A stretch of 64,000 nt of DNA from a bacterium (GTDB taxonomy: Bacteria; Patescibacteriota; Minisyncoccia; Phycocordibacterales; GCA-002787175): the NCBI GenBank assembly GCA_030699905.1, contig JAUYKQ010000027.1, positions 1,293 through 65,292 on the forward strand. The letters are read 5' to 3'. The translations under genes were made by a program, and so were the position numbers. Position 1 is the stretch's first letter, and every line of letters begins with the position of its first letter. The notes beneath the pieces were generated by a model. It worked only from the letters and a program-made list of their open reading frames with translations. It was not told the origin of the DNA and searched no databases. This document shows, one piece after another, positions 9,084 to 18,842 of this stretch.

Positions 9084-9145
9084 CTGCTTTGGGGATTTGC
9101 GCTAAAAGATTTTGAGTTTCGTAATTAAAAGCACAGAACAATCAA

Positions 9146-9550
9146 ATGAAAAGATTTTTCGTAACAATACTTATTTTGTTTTTCGCCGGCGTATCGGTCT
9201 TCGGTGTTTATAATGTCGGGGAGAGGGGCTGGCAAAACGTGGGTTGTATTAACGCTTTGCTAAAAGGGGAAAAATGCCCACAGGGTAACGTTTCGGAATT
9301 TCTAAATTTTCACTTCGGCGCTTCAAAGATATTTTCAACGGCTGTTTTTACAGCCGGTGTTTTGGTTTTGGCGATTTTCCTTTTATTGGCTTTTGCGGTG
9401 GATCGTTTTTTAAAAAACACTTCAGGCAAGCTTTTGGCGGTTTTTATCTTTGTCAGAAAACGCTTTCAAGAGCCGTTCATAAAATCAGAATACAGAGACA
9501 AGTTTACTTACTGGCTATCTCTTCTTGAGAACAGCCCCTCTTCTCTCTGA
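9146..9550 (+). CDS. Hypothetical membrane protein with a Cys pair
   Basis: Two hydrophobic segments, C-x8-C. Confidence 0.6.
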   Translation: MKRFFVTILILFFAGVSVFGVYNVGERGWQNVGCINALLKGEKCPQGNVSEFLNFHFGASKIFSTAVFTAGVLVLAIFLLLAFAVDRFLKNTSGKLLAVFIFVRKRFQEPFIKSEYRDKFTYWLSLLENSPSSL

Positions 9551-9659
9551 AGCGCGAATCTGCAAGCACTTTTTGTCTGCTTCTTTTTCGCGCAAAAACC
9601 CTCAAAGGGGTTTTTCCTTATCAATCAACTTCCGTCAGTTGTAACTATTAACTTAAAAA

Positions 9660-10445
9660 ATGATTATTAAAAAAAATTGGATTCTCGTCGGTTTGGCGGT
9701 TTTGATTTTGGGCGCCGTCATGTTGTTGCGGTTTGGAAACCTCGGCGCGAGTTTGGTGGGGAATTTAAGCAGTCAAGGAAATTGGCTTTTGCCGGTTGTC
9801 GGCGTTGCCGCTCTTATTGACAGCGTAAACCCGTGCGCTTTCGGTATTTTGGTTTTAACCATCGCCTTTCTGTTCTCAATCGGCAAAGGCAGGGCGGGAA
9901 TAATGAAAATCGGGGCTACTTACATTGCCGGCCTTTTCACTGTTTACGTTCTTATCGGACTGGGCATTTTGCAAGCTCTTTACTTTTTCAACACTCCGCA
10001 TTTTATGGCTAAAGTGGGGGCAGTTATTCTCATTGCTCTTGGAGTGGTGAATCTCATAAACGAGTATTATCCGGCCTTTCCGTTAAAATTCCGAATTCCG
10101 CGTTTCATCCACGGTAAAGTTGCCGAACTTGTAAATCGCGCCTCTTTACCCACGGCTTTTCTTTTGGGAGCTTTGGTCGGACTGTTTGAGTTCCCATGCA
10201 CGGGCGGGCCTTATCTTATGGTTCTGGGACTGCTTCATGACCAAGGGACATATTTGACAGGAATTGGGTATCTTTTGTTATACAATTTAATTTTCGTCCT
10301 GCCCCTTGTCGTTATCCTGCTCATTGCCTCGGACAAGACCCTTGCCCAAAAAGTGGAAAAGTGGAAAAAATCTGAAACGGGCAATATGAAGTTCTTGGGA
10401 GGGATTGCCATGATTATTCTGGGTTTGATTATCTTTATTCTTTAA
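9660..10445 (+). CDS. CcdA/DsbD-type transmembrane electron transporter
   Basis: DSVNPCAF and EFPCTGGPY conserved Cys motifs, multi-TM. Confidence 0.85.
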   Translation: MIIKKNWILVGLAVLILGAVMLLRFGNLGASLVGNLSSQGNWLLPVVGVAALIDSVNPCAFGILVLTIAFLFSIGKGRAGIMKIGATYIAGLFTVYVLIGLGILQALYFFNTPHFMAKVGAVILIALGVVNLINEYYPAFPLKFRIPRFIHGKVAELVNRASLPTAFLLGALVGLFEFPCTGGPYLMVLGLLHDQGTYLTGIGYLLLYNLIFVLPLVVILLIASDKTLAQKVEKWKKSETGNMKFLGGIAMIILGLIIFIL

Positions 10446-10454
10446 CAAAAAATT

Positions 10455-10976
10455 ATGTTTACAAAAGAAAAATTTCAAGAAATTACTCGTAAAATTCAAA
10501 AGATGAAAGCCGAAGGCGCGGTTGACCTTTCAACGGAAGAGGACTTGAGCATTGCCGTTATGAACCTCATAAGTTTGGAAGAACATTTTTTCTTTACCGG
10601 CGTGAAGACCAAAAAAACAGAATATTTTGATTTTTTAGACGAGGTGCGGAAAATCAGGACGGAACTTCTGGCCAAAATGATGGATAAAAACGAAGGAGAG
10701 ACATGGTGCATATCCAAGCATCTGCTCGCGACCACTATGCGTATTATTGAAGTCGGCACAAAGCTTTACTCGGACGGCAAACGCGCGGAAGCGGAAGAAA
10801 TGTTTGAGCGAGCCCACAACACGTATTCCATGTTTTGGGCGCTTCGGCTCAAGCTCATTGACACTGCCGGATTCAAAAAAGCGGCGGCAGAAGAAAAACC
10901 GTGGACTTACCAAGATATCGTGAGCAAGCTCGTTGACTGCTGTGATGAAAAACAACCAAAAAATAAATTATCATGA
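10455..10976 (+). CDS. Helical hypothetical protein in redox operon
   Basis: Operonic ORF; LEEH, WCISKH and C-terminal DCC motifs. Confidence 0.7.
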   Translation: MFTKEKFQEITRKIQKMKAEGAVDLSTEEDLSIAVMNLISLEEHFFFTGVKTKKTEYFDFLDEVRKIRTELLAKMMDKNEGETWCISKHLLATTMRIIEVGTKLYSDGKRAEAEEMFERAHNTYSMFWALRLKLIDTAGFKKAAAEEKPWTYQDIVSKLVDCCDEKQPKNKLS

Positions 10977-11335
10977 ACAACAAATACTTTGTTTTGGCAT
11001 GCGCTGTCGCTTTCGTAGGAGTAACATTTTACTTTGGTTCCGGCACTACCGGTAGAGAGGCGATAGAAGACCTGCTTCCTTTTGCCCAATGTCTGGCGGA
11101 AAAGGAGGTAACCATGTATGGGGCAGCGTGGTGCGCGCATTGCCAAAACGAGAAAAAAAGATTCGGCGATTCATTTGACGCGGTTCCCTATGTGGAGTGT
11201 CCCGATAATCCGCAAGTTTGTCTGGACAAGGAAATAGAGGGTTATCCGACTTGGATTTTGCCGGACGGCAGGAAGCTCTTGGGAGAGCAAGGTCTTGAAA
11301 AACTGGCGAAAGAAAGCGGTTGTCCGTTGCCGTAA
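10973..11335 (+). CDS. Exported thioredoxin-like protein
   Basis: YGAAWCAHC active site, YVEC, GYPTW cis-Pro motif. Confidence 0.85.
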   Translation: MNNKYFVLACAVAFVGVTFYFGSGTTGREAIEDLLPFAQCLAEKEVTMYGAAWCAHCQNEKKRFGDSFDAVPYVECPDNPQVCLDKEIEGYPTWILPDGRKLLGEQGLEKLAKESGCPLP

Positions 11336-11394
11336 GTGGAAAGTGGAAAGTCGGGCATTTGAATTTGTTCTACCGTATCTGTTATTATTATGGA

Positions 11395-11616
11395 ATGAGA
11401 ATATTTGTATCAGCCAAACCGAAATCCAAAAACGAAAAAGTTGAGAAAACAGACGATAGCCACTTTACCGTGTGGGTCAAAGAGCCGCCGGAAGGAGGAA
11501 AAGCCAATAGAGCAGTAGCCAAAGCCCTTGGCGGTTTTTTGGGGGTGGGTGTGTCAGGGTTGGCTTTGGTATCAGGCCATGGTGGCAGACAAAAGGTCTT
11601 TGAATTGCTAAAATGA
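11395..11616 (+). CDS. DUF167/YggU family protein
   Basis: KPKSK, PPEGGKAN, LVSGH..RQK motifs. Confidence 0.85.
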   Translation: MRIFVSAKPKSKNEKVEKTDDSHFTVWVKEPPEGGKANRAVAKALGGFLGVGVSGLALVSGHGGRQKVFELLK

Positions 11617-11673
11617 AAAAAGAGTTTTACTGTTATTTCAGACGCTTCCGTCTTTGGCGTATTGTGGTAAAAT

Positions 11674-12078
11674 ATGAGCATGGAACCTAAAGTAAATTTA
11701 AAGATTACAAATATCAATCTTTCTTCCGAGGACAGAGGATATTTTTTCAAACGACTGTCCGCTCTCTCAAAGGTTTTGGATTTCGGCGATCCGACTTTGA
11801 TAATAGACGCGGAGCTTGGGAAAACGACCAACCGTCACCAAAAAGGCGATATATTTTTTTCGGAGATAAATGTAAATTTCGCTCACAATAAATTCCGGTC
11901 ACGAGTGGAAAAAGACGACTTGAAATCGGCTATAGACGAAAGCAAAGAGGAGATACTAAACGAACTTAGTCGCAACAAATCCAAAAATATTTCACTCTTG
12001 CGTCGCGGTGGTCAGCGACTGAAAGCTCTTGTAAAGGGACTGTATGGCAGAAGGTGGAAGCCATGGAAAAGAAAGTGA
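11674..12078 (+). CDS. Ribosome hibernation factor HPF/RaiA family
   Basis: ELGKTT..HQKGDIF and DLKSAID patterns. Confidence 0.8.
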   Translation: MSMEPKVNLKITNINLSSEDRGYFFKRLSALSKVLDFGDPTLIIDAELGKTTNRHQKGDIFFSEINVNFAHNKFRSRVEKDDLKSAIDESKEEILNELSRNKSKNISLLRRGGQRLKALVKGLYGRRWKPWKRK

Positions 12079-12104
12079 TAAAAACGGCCAAAGCAAATAA
12101 AGAA

Positions 12105-12797
12105 ATGAATAAAAACGCAATAATTCTCGTCCTAATACTTGTCGCCGCGCTGGCTGTTATTTGGGGCGCTTCGTATTTTTTCAGAACTTCGGAAAAAAAT
12201 GACAGCCACCTTCCGACCGGAGGAATACGCGCGTCCAAACTTTATTCCGGAGCCACTTTAAAAACCAACAAAGGAGACATTACCATTGAGTTTCTGTCAA
12301 GAAACGCGCCCAAGACGGTTTCAAATTTCATAAAACTGGCTGAGTCGGGATTCTATGATGGCGTTAAATTTCACCGCGTTGACCCTGGATTTATGATACA
12401 GGGAGGAGACCCGTTAACCAAAGACGAAAGTAAAAAAGACAGATGGGGAACAGGCGACCCCGGATATAAATTCAACGACGAAATAAACTGGCAGTCGCTT
12501 GGCATTCCGGTTAACGATCAGGCACTTCTTCGGGGAGGGTACTCTTCGGTTCCTGGAATAGAGTCCGTGCGACTTACGCGTGGAATTATGGCAATGGCCA
12601 ACTCCGGCCCCAACACAAACGGAAGCCAATTTTTCATAATAACCGCCTCCGAGACGCCGTGGTTAAACGGCAAGCATACCGGTTTTGCAAGGGTAACCAA
12701 TGGCATGGAAGTGGTGGACGCGATAAGTAAAGTTGGCCGAGATGTAAGAGAAGCCCCGATAGAGCCGGTTGTCATTGAAAAAGTGACTTTGCATTAA
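12105..12797 (+). CDS. Cyclophilin-type peptidyl-prolyl isomerase with N-terminal TM
   Basis: FHRV..FMIQGGDP, MANSGPNTNGSQFFI, WLNGKHT. Confidence 0.95.
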   Translation: MNKNAIILVLILVAALAVIWGASYFFRTSEKNDSHLPTGGIRASKLYSGATLKTNKGDITIEFLSRNAPKTVSNFIKLAESGFYDGVKFHRVDPGFMIQGGDPLTKDESKKDRWGTGDPGYKFNDEINWQSLGIPVNDQALLRGGYSSVPGIESVRLTRGIMAMANSGPNTNGSQFFIITASETPWLNGKHTGFARVTNGMEVVDAISKVGRDVREAPIEPVVIEKVTLH

Positions 12798-12852
12798 AAT
12801 ACTTTGAATTCTTGAATTATTGTGAATTACGAAAAACGACAAGCCCCTGCCG

Positions 12853-13707
12853 TCAGATGCTCCGGTTTAAATTTGTCATAAAGTCCTGAAAGTTGGTTTC
12901 TTTTTTTCCTTCCGGTACGACACGAAGGATTTTCAAAGTGTTATCCAGCCACTTGGCCGAAGTGATTTTAACTCTTATTCTTTTGTCGCTTTTCATTACA
13001 AAAAAGAACGCGGGCGCGGAACCTGCGTGTGCTTGAATTTTAAGGAAATTTTTGCGTGAGTCGGCGTTTAAGTCAATTTCCGCGTTTTCTTTTTCAAGTT
13101 TCTTTGTGTAAGTGGCTCTCAAGTCATCTTGAGGAGACGGTTTCAAATGGCCGTTTAAATAATCTGGCAAAATTTCAACAAGCAGTTTCGCTCCTTCTTT
13201 AGCCAGTTCCGCTTCCAATTCAGGCGCCGCCGGCCACTCTTTGACGGTGTGCTTTTTTTCCGCTAAAATCGGTCCGGTATCAACCCCCTGTTCCATGAGC
13301 ATGATCGTCACTCCGGTATTTTTATCATCATTCAAAATAGCGCCGGAAACCGGTGAGGGACCTCTGTATTTTGGCAAAAGAGAGGGGTGAATGTTTAAGG
13401 CGCCGTATTTCGGGATTTCTAAAAGTTTTTCTCTTAAAATTTTCCCGAACGAAGCCACAATAAACAATTGACAGCCGGAAGATGACAAATGATTTTCCAA
13501 AGAGGCGTCCATCTTGTTCGGTTGGATGTATGAAATGCCGTTCTTCTCGGCCCAAACTTTCACCGGTGGCGGTGAAAGTTTCAGATGTCTGCCTTTGGGC
13601 CTATCTGGCGCTGTAACTATAATTACGGGCAGAAGGCCCGCTGTTTTCAGCTCTTCAAGCGCGGTTGTGGAAAAGTTGTCGGTACCGAAAAAAACAAAGG
13701 AAATCAT
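12853..13707 (-). CDS. fmt: Methionyl-tRNA formyltransferase
   Basis: FFGT, NIHPSLLPKYRGPSP, DTGPIL; next to def. Confidence 0.95.
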   Translation of the reverse strand: MISFVFFGTDNFSTTALEELKTAGLLPVIIVTAPDRPKGRHLKLSPPPVKVWAEKNGISYIQPNKMDASLENHLSSSGCQLFIVASFGKILREKLLEIPKYGALNIHPSLLPKYRGPSPVSGAILNDDKNTGVTIMLMEQGVDTGPILAEKKHTVKEWPAAPELEAELAKEGAKLLVEILPDYLNGHLKPSPQDDLRATYTKKLEKENAEIDLNADSRKNFLKIQAHAGSAPAFFFVMKSDKRIRVKITSAKWLDNTLKILRVVPEGKKETNFQDFMTNLNRSI

Positions 13708-13785
13708 ATTCGCAATAAATATTCGTTATGTTTTATAAGGAGAAACAGGAGGTTTTCGGGCTAAGGATTGGATATGGCATAAACG

Positions 13786-14343
13786 TCAATATGTTTTTAA
13801 ATTTCTTTCAGGAGGCATTTCTCTAATGTCCGTGGCGCTGTCAATGAAAAGTTTTCCTTCCAAATGGTCCATTTCGTGCTGAAATATTTCAGCCACAAGT
13901 CCGGACGCTCCTCGCGTAAATTTTTTGCCGTCTTCGTCGTATGCTTCTACTGTGGTTTTTTTTGAGCGTTTTATTCTGCCGTATGCCCAACGTACGGAAA
14001 GACATCCCTCTTCCATAAAATGGGTTTCTTTGGAAATTTTGACAATACGCGGATTTATGAAAACCAAGTTTCCGGTTTTTACTGTTTTGGATTTTCGCAG
14101 TTCTTCTCTTCTTTGATGTATATCTTCGGACAGGTCAAAGGCCTTTTCAGAAATTATAAAAATGCGAAGCGATACCCCTATTTGCGGAGCGGCAAGTCCC
14201 ACCCCGTCCTCCTCGGCATCCAAAACTTCTTTCATCTTTTTTATCGTTTCCTTGATGCGCGGTTTTGTTATATCCGAAACGGGTATTTCTTTCGCCACTT
14301 GCCTTAATACCGGATTATCTCTGTCCACGATTTTAACGGCCAT
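13786..14343 (-). CDS. def: Peptide deformylase
   Basis: GVGLAAPQIG, EGCLS, QHEMDHL. Confidence 0.96.
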   Translation of the reverse strand: MAVKIVDRDNPVLRQVAKEIPVSDITKPRIKETIKKMKEVLDAEEDGVGLAAPQIGVSLRIFIISEKAFDLSEDIHQRREELRKSKTVKTGNLVFINPRIVKISKETHFMEEGCLSVRWAYGRIKRSKKTTVEAYDEDGKKFTRGASGLVAEIFQHEMDHLEGKLFIDSATDIREMPPERNLKTY

Positions 14344-14436
14344 AAAGTAATTATACCTCAAAATTCAGACGTTTAAAAGTTCCTTGATTATTGACTTCAA
14401 CTGTTTTTTAGGGTAGTGTTTTTTTAGGAGAACATT

Positions 14437-15183
14437 ATGATGAAAGATAGAAAAATTGTACAAAGAAATGAACAGCAAAACGGCCATCGCGTGAATGTGA
14501 ATAAAAACGGACGAGCAAAGCAGAAAATTATAGTTGCCGAACCTTTTTTAATTACCGCTCTATGTCTGGCAAAATTGGTGGAGGACGAGTTTGGGTACGA
14601 GACGGTAGTGCTGACAAATTCATCTGAAATAATTCACGCGGTTAGGGAGTCAAGTCCGAAACTTTTGATCACCGAGTTCATGTTCATGTTTGGGGAAAAA
14701 GGGGGTATAGGAATGGCGGCATTACTCGGTACGCTAAAGGCGGAATTTCCAAAACTTCCTTCCCTTGTCCTGTCTTCCGCGCCGGAGAGAATCTTCGCTT
14801 TGCGATGTTTAGAGTGGGGCGCCAAAGGTTATCTCCACAAGAGCGTTTCCAAGGAAACGCTCTTTGAGGGAATAGGAGCCGTTCTTGCCGGCAATAGTTT
14901 TGTGAGTAAAACTGTTAACACCCTTTTGCTCCAAAGCATTGGAGCGGGCTCTAAAGATAATCTGGTTGCAAAATTGTCTCCCAGAGAGGCAGAAGTTCTG
15001 GCTTCTGTCAGTCAATGTCTCAGTCCGGCTCAAATCGCGGAGAGTTTGTCTCTGTCGGTGAAAACCGTGGAGTGCTACTTGGGGAATATTAAAATGAAGC
15101 TCGGCTTTAAAAATGCCGGAGAACTAAGAAAGTTCGCTGGGTTCTTTGTGAATTCGGGGCAAAATTCTGGGCAAGTCGACTGA
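14437..15183 (+). CDS. NarL/LuxR-type response regulator with atypical receiver
   Basis: REC-like domain (GAKGYLHK) plus LSPREAEVL...IAESLSLSVKTVE HTH. Confidence 0.85.
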   Translation: MMKDRKIVQRNEQQNGHRVNVNKNGRAKQKIIVAEPFLITALCLAKLVEDEFGYETVVLTNSSEIIHAVRESSPKLLITEFMFMFGEKGGIGMAALLGTLKAEFPKLPSLVLSSAPERIFALRCLEWGAKGYLHKSVSKETLFEGIGAVLAGNSFVSKTVNTLLLQSIGAGSKDNLVAKLSPREAEVLASVSQCLSPAQIAESLSLSVKTVECYLGNIKMKLGFKNAGELRKFAGFFVNSGQNSGQVD

Positions 15184-15204
15184 CAACTATAGAGTTAAAA
15201 TCTC

Positions 15205-15232
15205 AAAACACCTCGCCTGACGGGGTGTTTTT
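15205..15232. terminator. Bidirectional terminator between regulator and priA
   Basis: AAAACACCTCG...CGGGGTGTTTTT. Confidence 0.65.
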
Positions 15233-17158
15233 TCATAAAAGCGTTTCGGGGTCTACGTTTATGGAAAATGCCGGCGGTAGAGAAAGCAGTTTCCGTGAAA
15301 GTTCTTCGTCAATCCAGTTCTTTTTCGGTATTTTTACAAGCGCGTGCATTGTGTATGCTTTGGCTTCTTCGCCCTGATTCCATGCCGGAAAAGACACGGC
15401 ATCCCATTTGTTCAAAAGTTTTTCCGCTTCTTTTATTTGCGAAACAACCGCGTCTTTTTTTCCGGAAAGCGATATTTTGATAAGCGTGGAAAAAGGAGGA
15501 TAACCGAATTCTTCTCTTTCTTTTATCTCCTCTTTATAAAAGTCAAGAAGGTTACCGGAAAGACCCTGTTCCAAAACCGGTTGAATTCCCATGCGTGTCT
15601 GCAAAATAAATTTTTTGGTTGGAATCTCTCGCACTCTCAAAAGCAAATGCAGGACTCTTTCGTTGGTGCGGAAATCAGGCAGAGAAAAGAGAGAATCAAA
15701 AGAAGCTATGGCGGCGTTAGCGAGCGAATGTGAACGCAGATAAGGCAAAGCTTTCTCGGTGCCCAAAAGCACGCTTCCGGGTGAGGATGTGAAGTTTTTA
15801 AGTATCTCCTGTGACTTTTTAACTGTGTTAGCCGTGTCGCTGTCAAACCGAAAAACTTTTATTTCAGGAATCTGTTCATTTATTTCTTCGGCTACTCTTT
15901 CTATGCCAACTCCGAGTGGCACCAGTTTCCAAGAGCCACAGTATCCGCATTTTTCCGCAGTTCCTCTTTTTTCTCCGCATTTGTGGCAAATGAAAACACT
16001 TCTTCCTCCCGCTGATTGTTTGTGAAGCACTAAAGGCGTTTGGCACGAAAGGCAGGTAACAAGAGTGCCGCAGTCGCCACAGGAAGTAGTGGAAGAATGT
16101 CCTCGTCTGGAAGTGAATATGAAAGTGTTTTCGCTTTCGTCCTTGCCTTTTCGGATTAATTCAACGAGGTCTTCGCTTAGGACTCTAAATTCTTTGTTTT
16201 TTTCCTTTTGCAAGCTTCTCATGTCCACGACCTGTTGTGCTGAAGTGGTCAGGAAACGAAATTTGAGAGGGGCTATTTCAGGCAGTTCGTGGTCCCTGTA
16301 TCTGGCTATCGTTTCTGTTCTCAATATCGTATCGCCCAAAACCAGCCGTTTATTTCCGGTTTTGCACAAAAGTTCGGCAAAGGTTCTAATGTCTATAAAC
16401 GGCCTTGTCTGCATTTTAAAACTTCGCGAACTTTCTTTCTCAACTATCACGGTGCTTATGTCTCGGCGAGGCAGGCACAAAAAAGCGCCGGTCCCTATTA
16501 TAAGGGAAGAATGTGGCTCCTCTAAGGACGCTCTCCATGCTGATTTAAGCTCTTTTGCCGATAAGTCGCTATGTAAAATGAAAGTATATTTTTCTATGCC
16601 TCGTGGAATATGATCCGCCACTTCTTTGACGTCTTCTATGGTGGGAAGACATAAAAATACAGAGGCGTCTTTGGCAAACTCTTCTCTTATTAAACTTTTG
16701 TAATGGGCGTATCTTTCTTCTCGTTCGCTTTGCAAGACGAATATTTCGTGAGCTCTTTCCGAAGCGACGGACTTCAAGGTTTCAGTTTCCTTCCTTAGCG
16801 GTTTCTCGTTTTTTTTGAGGGAAATTTCTTCAAAAAAAACTTTTGGAAGTATCGCGGACAAAACAGAGCCGGTCGTGGCGACAAAATATTCGGCGGCTTT
16901 TTGGGCGGTTTCCAAAAAGTTTTTGTCCATTATGTTGTCTTTGATTTTTCTCTCCACTTTTTTCATTTTGAAAGAACTGTCTTTTATGGACTGTTTTGCT
17001 TCCGCCACGCTTTCCGTTTCAAAGACCATGGCCGGCGCCATTTTGCCTCTTATAGGCACCTCAACAAGAGTTCCAGGCGTCAAATTTAAAGAGCTCCAGT
17101 AAGAGAGCTTTTCTTTTCCTATGCCGGAAGCTATTGGAATAACGTGGACGAGATTCAT
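15233..17158 (-). CDS. priA: Primosomal protein N'
   Basis: RRG..CGDC...CLSC...CHKC...CGYC zinc motifs, PDFRTNER, YPPF; Walker A degenerate. Confidence 0.92.
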   Translation of the reverse strand: MNLVHVIPIASGIGKEKLSYWSSLNLTPGTLVEVPIRGKMAPAMVFETESVAEAKQSIKDSSFKMKKVERKIKDNIMDKNFLETAQKAAEYFVATTGSVLSAILPKVFFEEISLKKNEKPLRKETETLKSVASERAHEIFVLQSEREERYAHYKSLIREEFAKDASVFLCLPTIEDVKEVADHIPRGIEKYTFILHSDLSAKELKSAWRASLEEPHSSLIIGTGAFLCLPRRDISTVIVEKESSRSFKMQTRPFIDIRTFAELLCKTGNKRLVLGDTILRTETIARYRDHELPEIAPLKFRFLTTSAQQVVDMRSLQKEKNKEFRVLSEDLVELIRKGKDESENTFIFTSRRGHSSTTSCGDCGTLVTCLSCQTPLVLHKQSAGGRSVFICHKCGEKRGTAEKCGYCGSWKLVPLGVGIERVAEEINEQIPEIKVFRFDSDTANTVKKSQEILKNFTSSPGSVLLGTEKALPYLRSHSLANAAIASFDSLFSLPDFRTNERVLHLLLRVREIPTKKFILQTRMGIQPVLEQGLSGNLLDFYKEEIKEREEFGYPPFSTLIKISLSGKKDAVVSQIKEAEKLLNKWDAVSFPAWNQGEEAKAYTMHALVKIPKKNWIDEELSRKLLSLPPAFSINVDPETLL

Positions 17159-17227
17159 TGTTTTGACATATTTTAATTAGGAACTACGCGTTTGGTCTGA
17201 ATTGTATTCTCCCTTTTGTAAAGGGGG

Positions 17228-17385
17228 AGAGAATTTTCAATTTTGCAATTTTCAATTTTCAATCAAATCCCGAAATTTTCAATGCATCAAATTCGTAGTC
17301 AATGTTCGTCCCGCTTTGCTTGTTTCTTTGTTTGAAAATTGATTCATTGAAAATTGATTGAAAATTGCAAAATTGAAAATTCTCT
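17228..17385. repeat. Heptamer-built fold-back element, family D copy 2
   Basis: About 29-bp terminal inverted repeat AGAGAATTTTCAATTTTGCAATTTTCAAT; matches 218-350. Confidence 0.85.
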
Positions 17386-17497
17386 TATCAATGTCCTCGT
17401 GTGACGCAGGGGCGGTGTATTCATACGATATAATCCCATAAATTTGGTAAAATTTCAATTTTTGAAAAAGCTCCGATATAGCGTACAATGTGCCTAC

Positions 17498-18787
17498 ATG
17501 GATAAAAACAACGGAAGTTTTAAGATTATCGGCGCCACCGAGCCGTCTCTGGAGGGGGAAATCTCCATTTCCGGAGCGAAAAACGCCGCTATCAAAGTGA
17601 TGGCGGCGACGCTTCTTTTTGAAGACAAGGTGCGTCTCGCGAATATCCCGCTTATTGAGGACTTGTTTACCATTTCGGAAATTATGAAGGCGATCGGGGT
17701 TTCAGTTTCTTTTCCAAAGGAACACGAGGCGGAACTTTTTTGCGGTGATATATCAAGTGAAATACCGAAAGAATTGGCAGAAAAGACCCGTTCATCAATG
17801 GTTGTTACGGCGCCACTTCTCGCGCGTACCGGCAGAGTCGTCTTTGGAAATCCGGGTGGGTGCGATTTGGGAGAAAGGCCGATTGACCTTTGGATAGAAG
17901 GGTACATGAAAATGGGAGCTACGGTTTCAGAGGAGAACGGGCTTTTCAAAGTGGAGGCAAAAGGCGGAAAACTTCGCGGAGCCGAGATTTTTTTCAGAGT
18001 TCAAAGCCACACGGTAACCGAAAGTTTTATAATGGCGGCTGTTTTGGCCGAGGGAAAAACAGTTTTGAAAAACTGCGCTTTGGAGCCGGAAATAAAATCG
18101 CTGTCTGATTTTCTAAATTCCTGCGGGGCAAAAATTACCGGCGCCGGAACGCACACAATCGTCATAGAAGGAGGAGGTCTTTTGAATGCGCGAGGAGCCA
18201 CATATGAGACATTGCCGGATCGTTTGGAAGCAGGCAGTTTTCTCGTTTTGGGCGCTCTTGCCGCCAAAAAACTTTTGATTTCAAAGTGTATTCCGGAGCA
18301 TTTGGAAATCGTCATTGAAATTTTAAGAAGAGTGGGAGCGGACATTGAAACTTCCGCGGACGGTATTGTCGTGCGAGGGGGCAGACCTTTATCCGCCGTG
18401 CCTATACGGACGCACGAATATCCCGGTCTGGCCACGGACTTGCAGGCGCCTATGGCGGTTCTTCTTACGCAGGCAAAAGGACAGTCGTCTGTTTTAGAGA
18501 CGATTTACGAGAGACGGCTTGAATACGTGCCGGAACTTCAGAAAATGGGGGCCAGAATAACTTTGCAAGATTCCCACAGAGCCATTATAGAGGGACCTTC
18601 AAAACTTTCAGGCAGTGAAGTTTCCGCCATTGACATAAGGGCGGGAATGGCGCTTGTAATAGCCGGAGCGATTGCGGATGGCCAGACGACGGTACATAAT
18701 TGCTACATGATAGATAGAGGGTACGAGAGATTGGAAGAAAAACTTAAGGGAATCGGGTTGGATATAAGGAGGAATTCGTCTTTATAA
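17498..18787 (+). CDS. murA: UDP-N-acetylglucosamine enolpyruvyl transferase
   Basis: GAKNAA, PGGCDLGERPID, YPGLATDLQ, DIRAG, IDRGYE. Confidence 0.96.
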   Translation: MDKNNGSFKIIGATEPSLEGEISISGAKNAAIKVMAATLLFEDKVRLANIPLIEDLFTISEIMKAIGVSVSFPKEHEAELFCGDISSEIPKELAEKTRSSMVVTAPLLARTGRVVFGNPGGCDLGERPIDLWIEGYMKMGATVSEENGLFKVEAKGGKLRGAEIFFRVQSHTVTESFIMAAVLAEGKTVLKNCALEPEIKSLSDFLNSCGAKITGAGTHTIVIEGGGLLNARGATYETLPDRLEAGSFLVLGALAAKKLLISKCIPEHLEIVIEILRRVGADIETSADGIVVRGGRPLSAVPIRTHEYPGLATDLQAPMAVLLTQAKGQSSVLETIYERRLEYVPELQKMGARITLQDSHRAIIEGPSKLSGSEVSAIDIRAGMALVIAGAIADGQTTVHNCYMIDRGYERLEEKLKGIGLDIRRNSSL

Positions 18788-18842
18788 ATTCACATAATTT
18801 CTAATCCGACGCCCTTTGCGATCGGGGTTAGAAATTTTAGAA

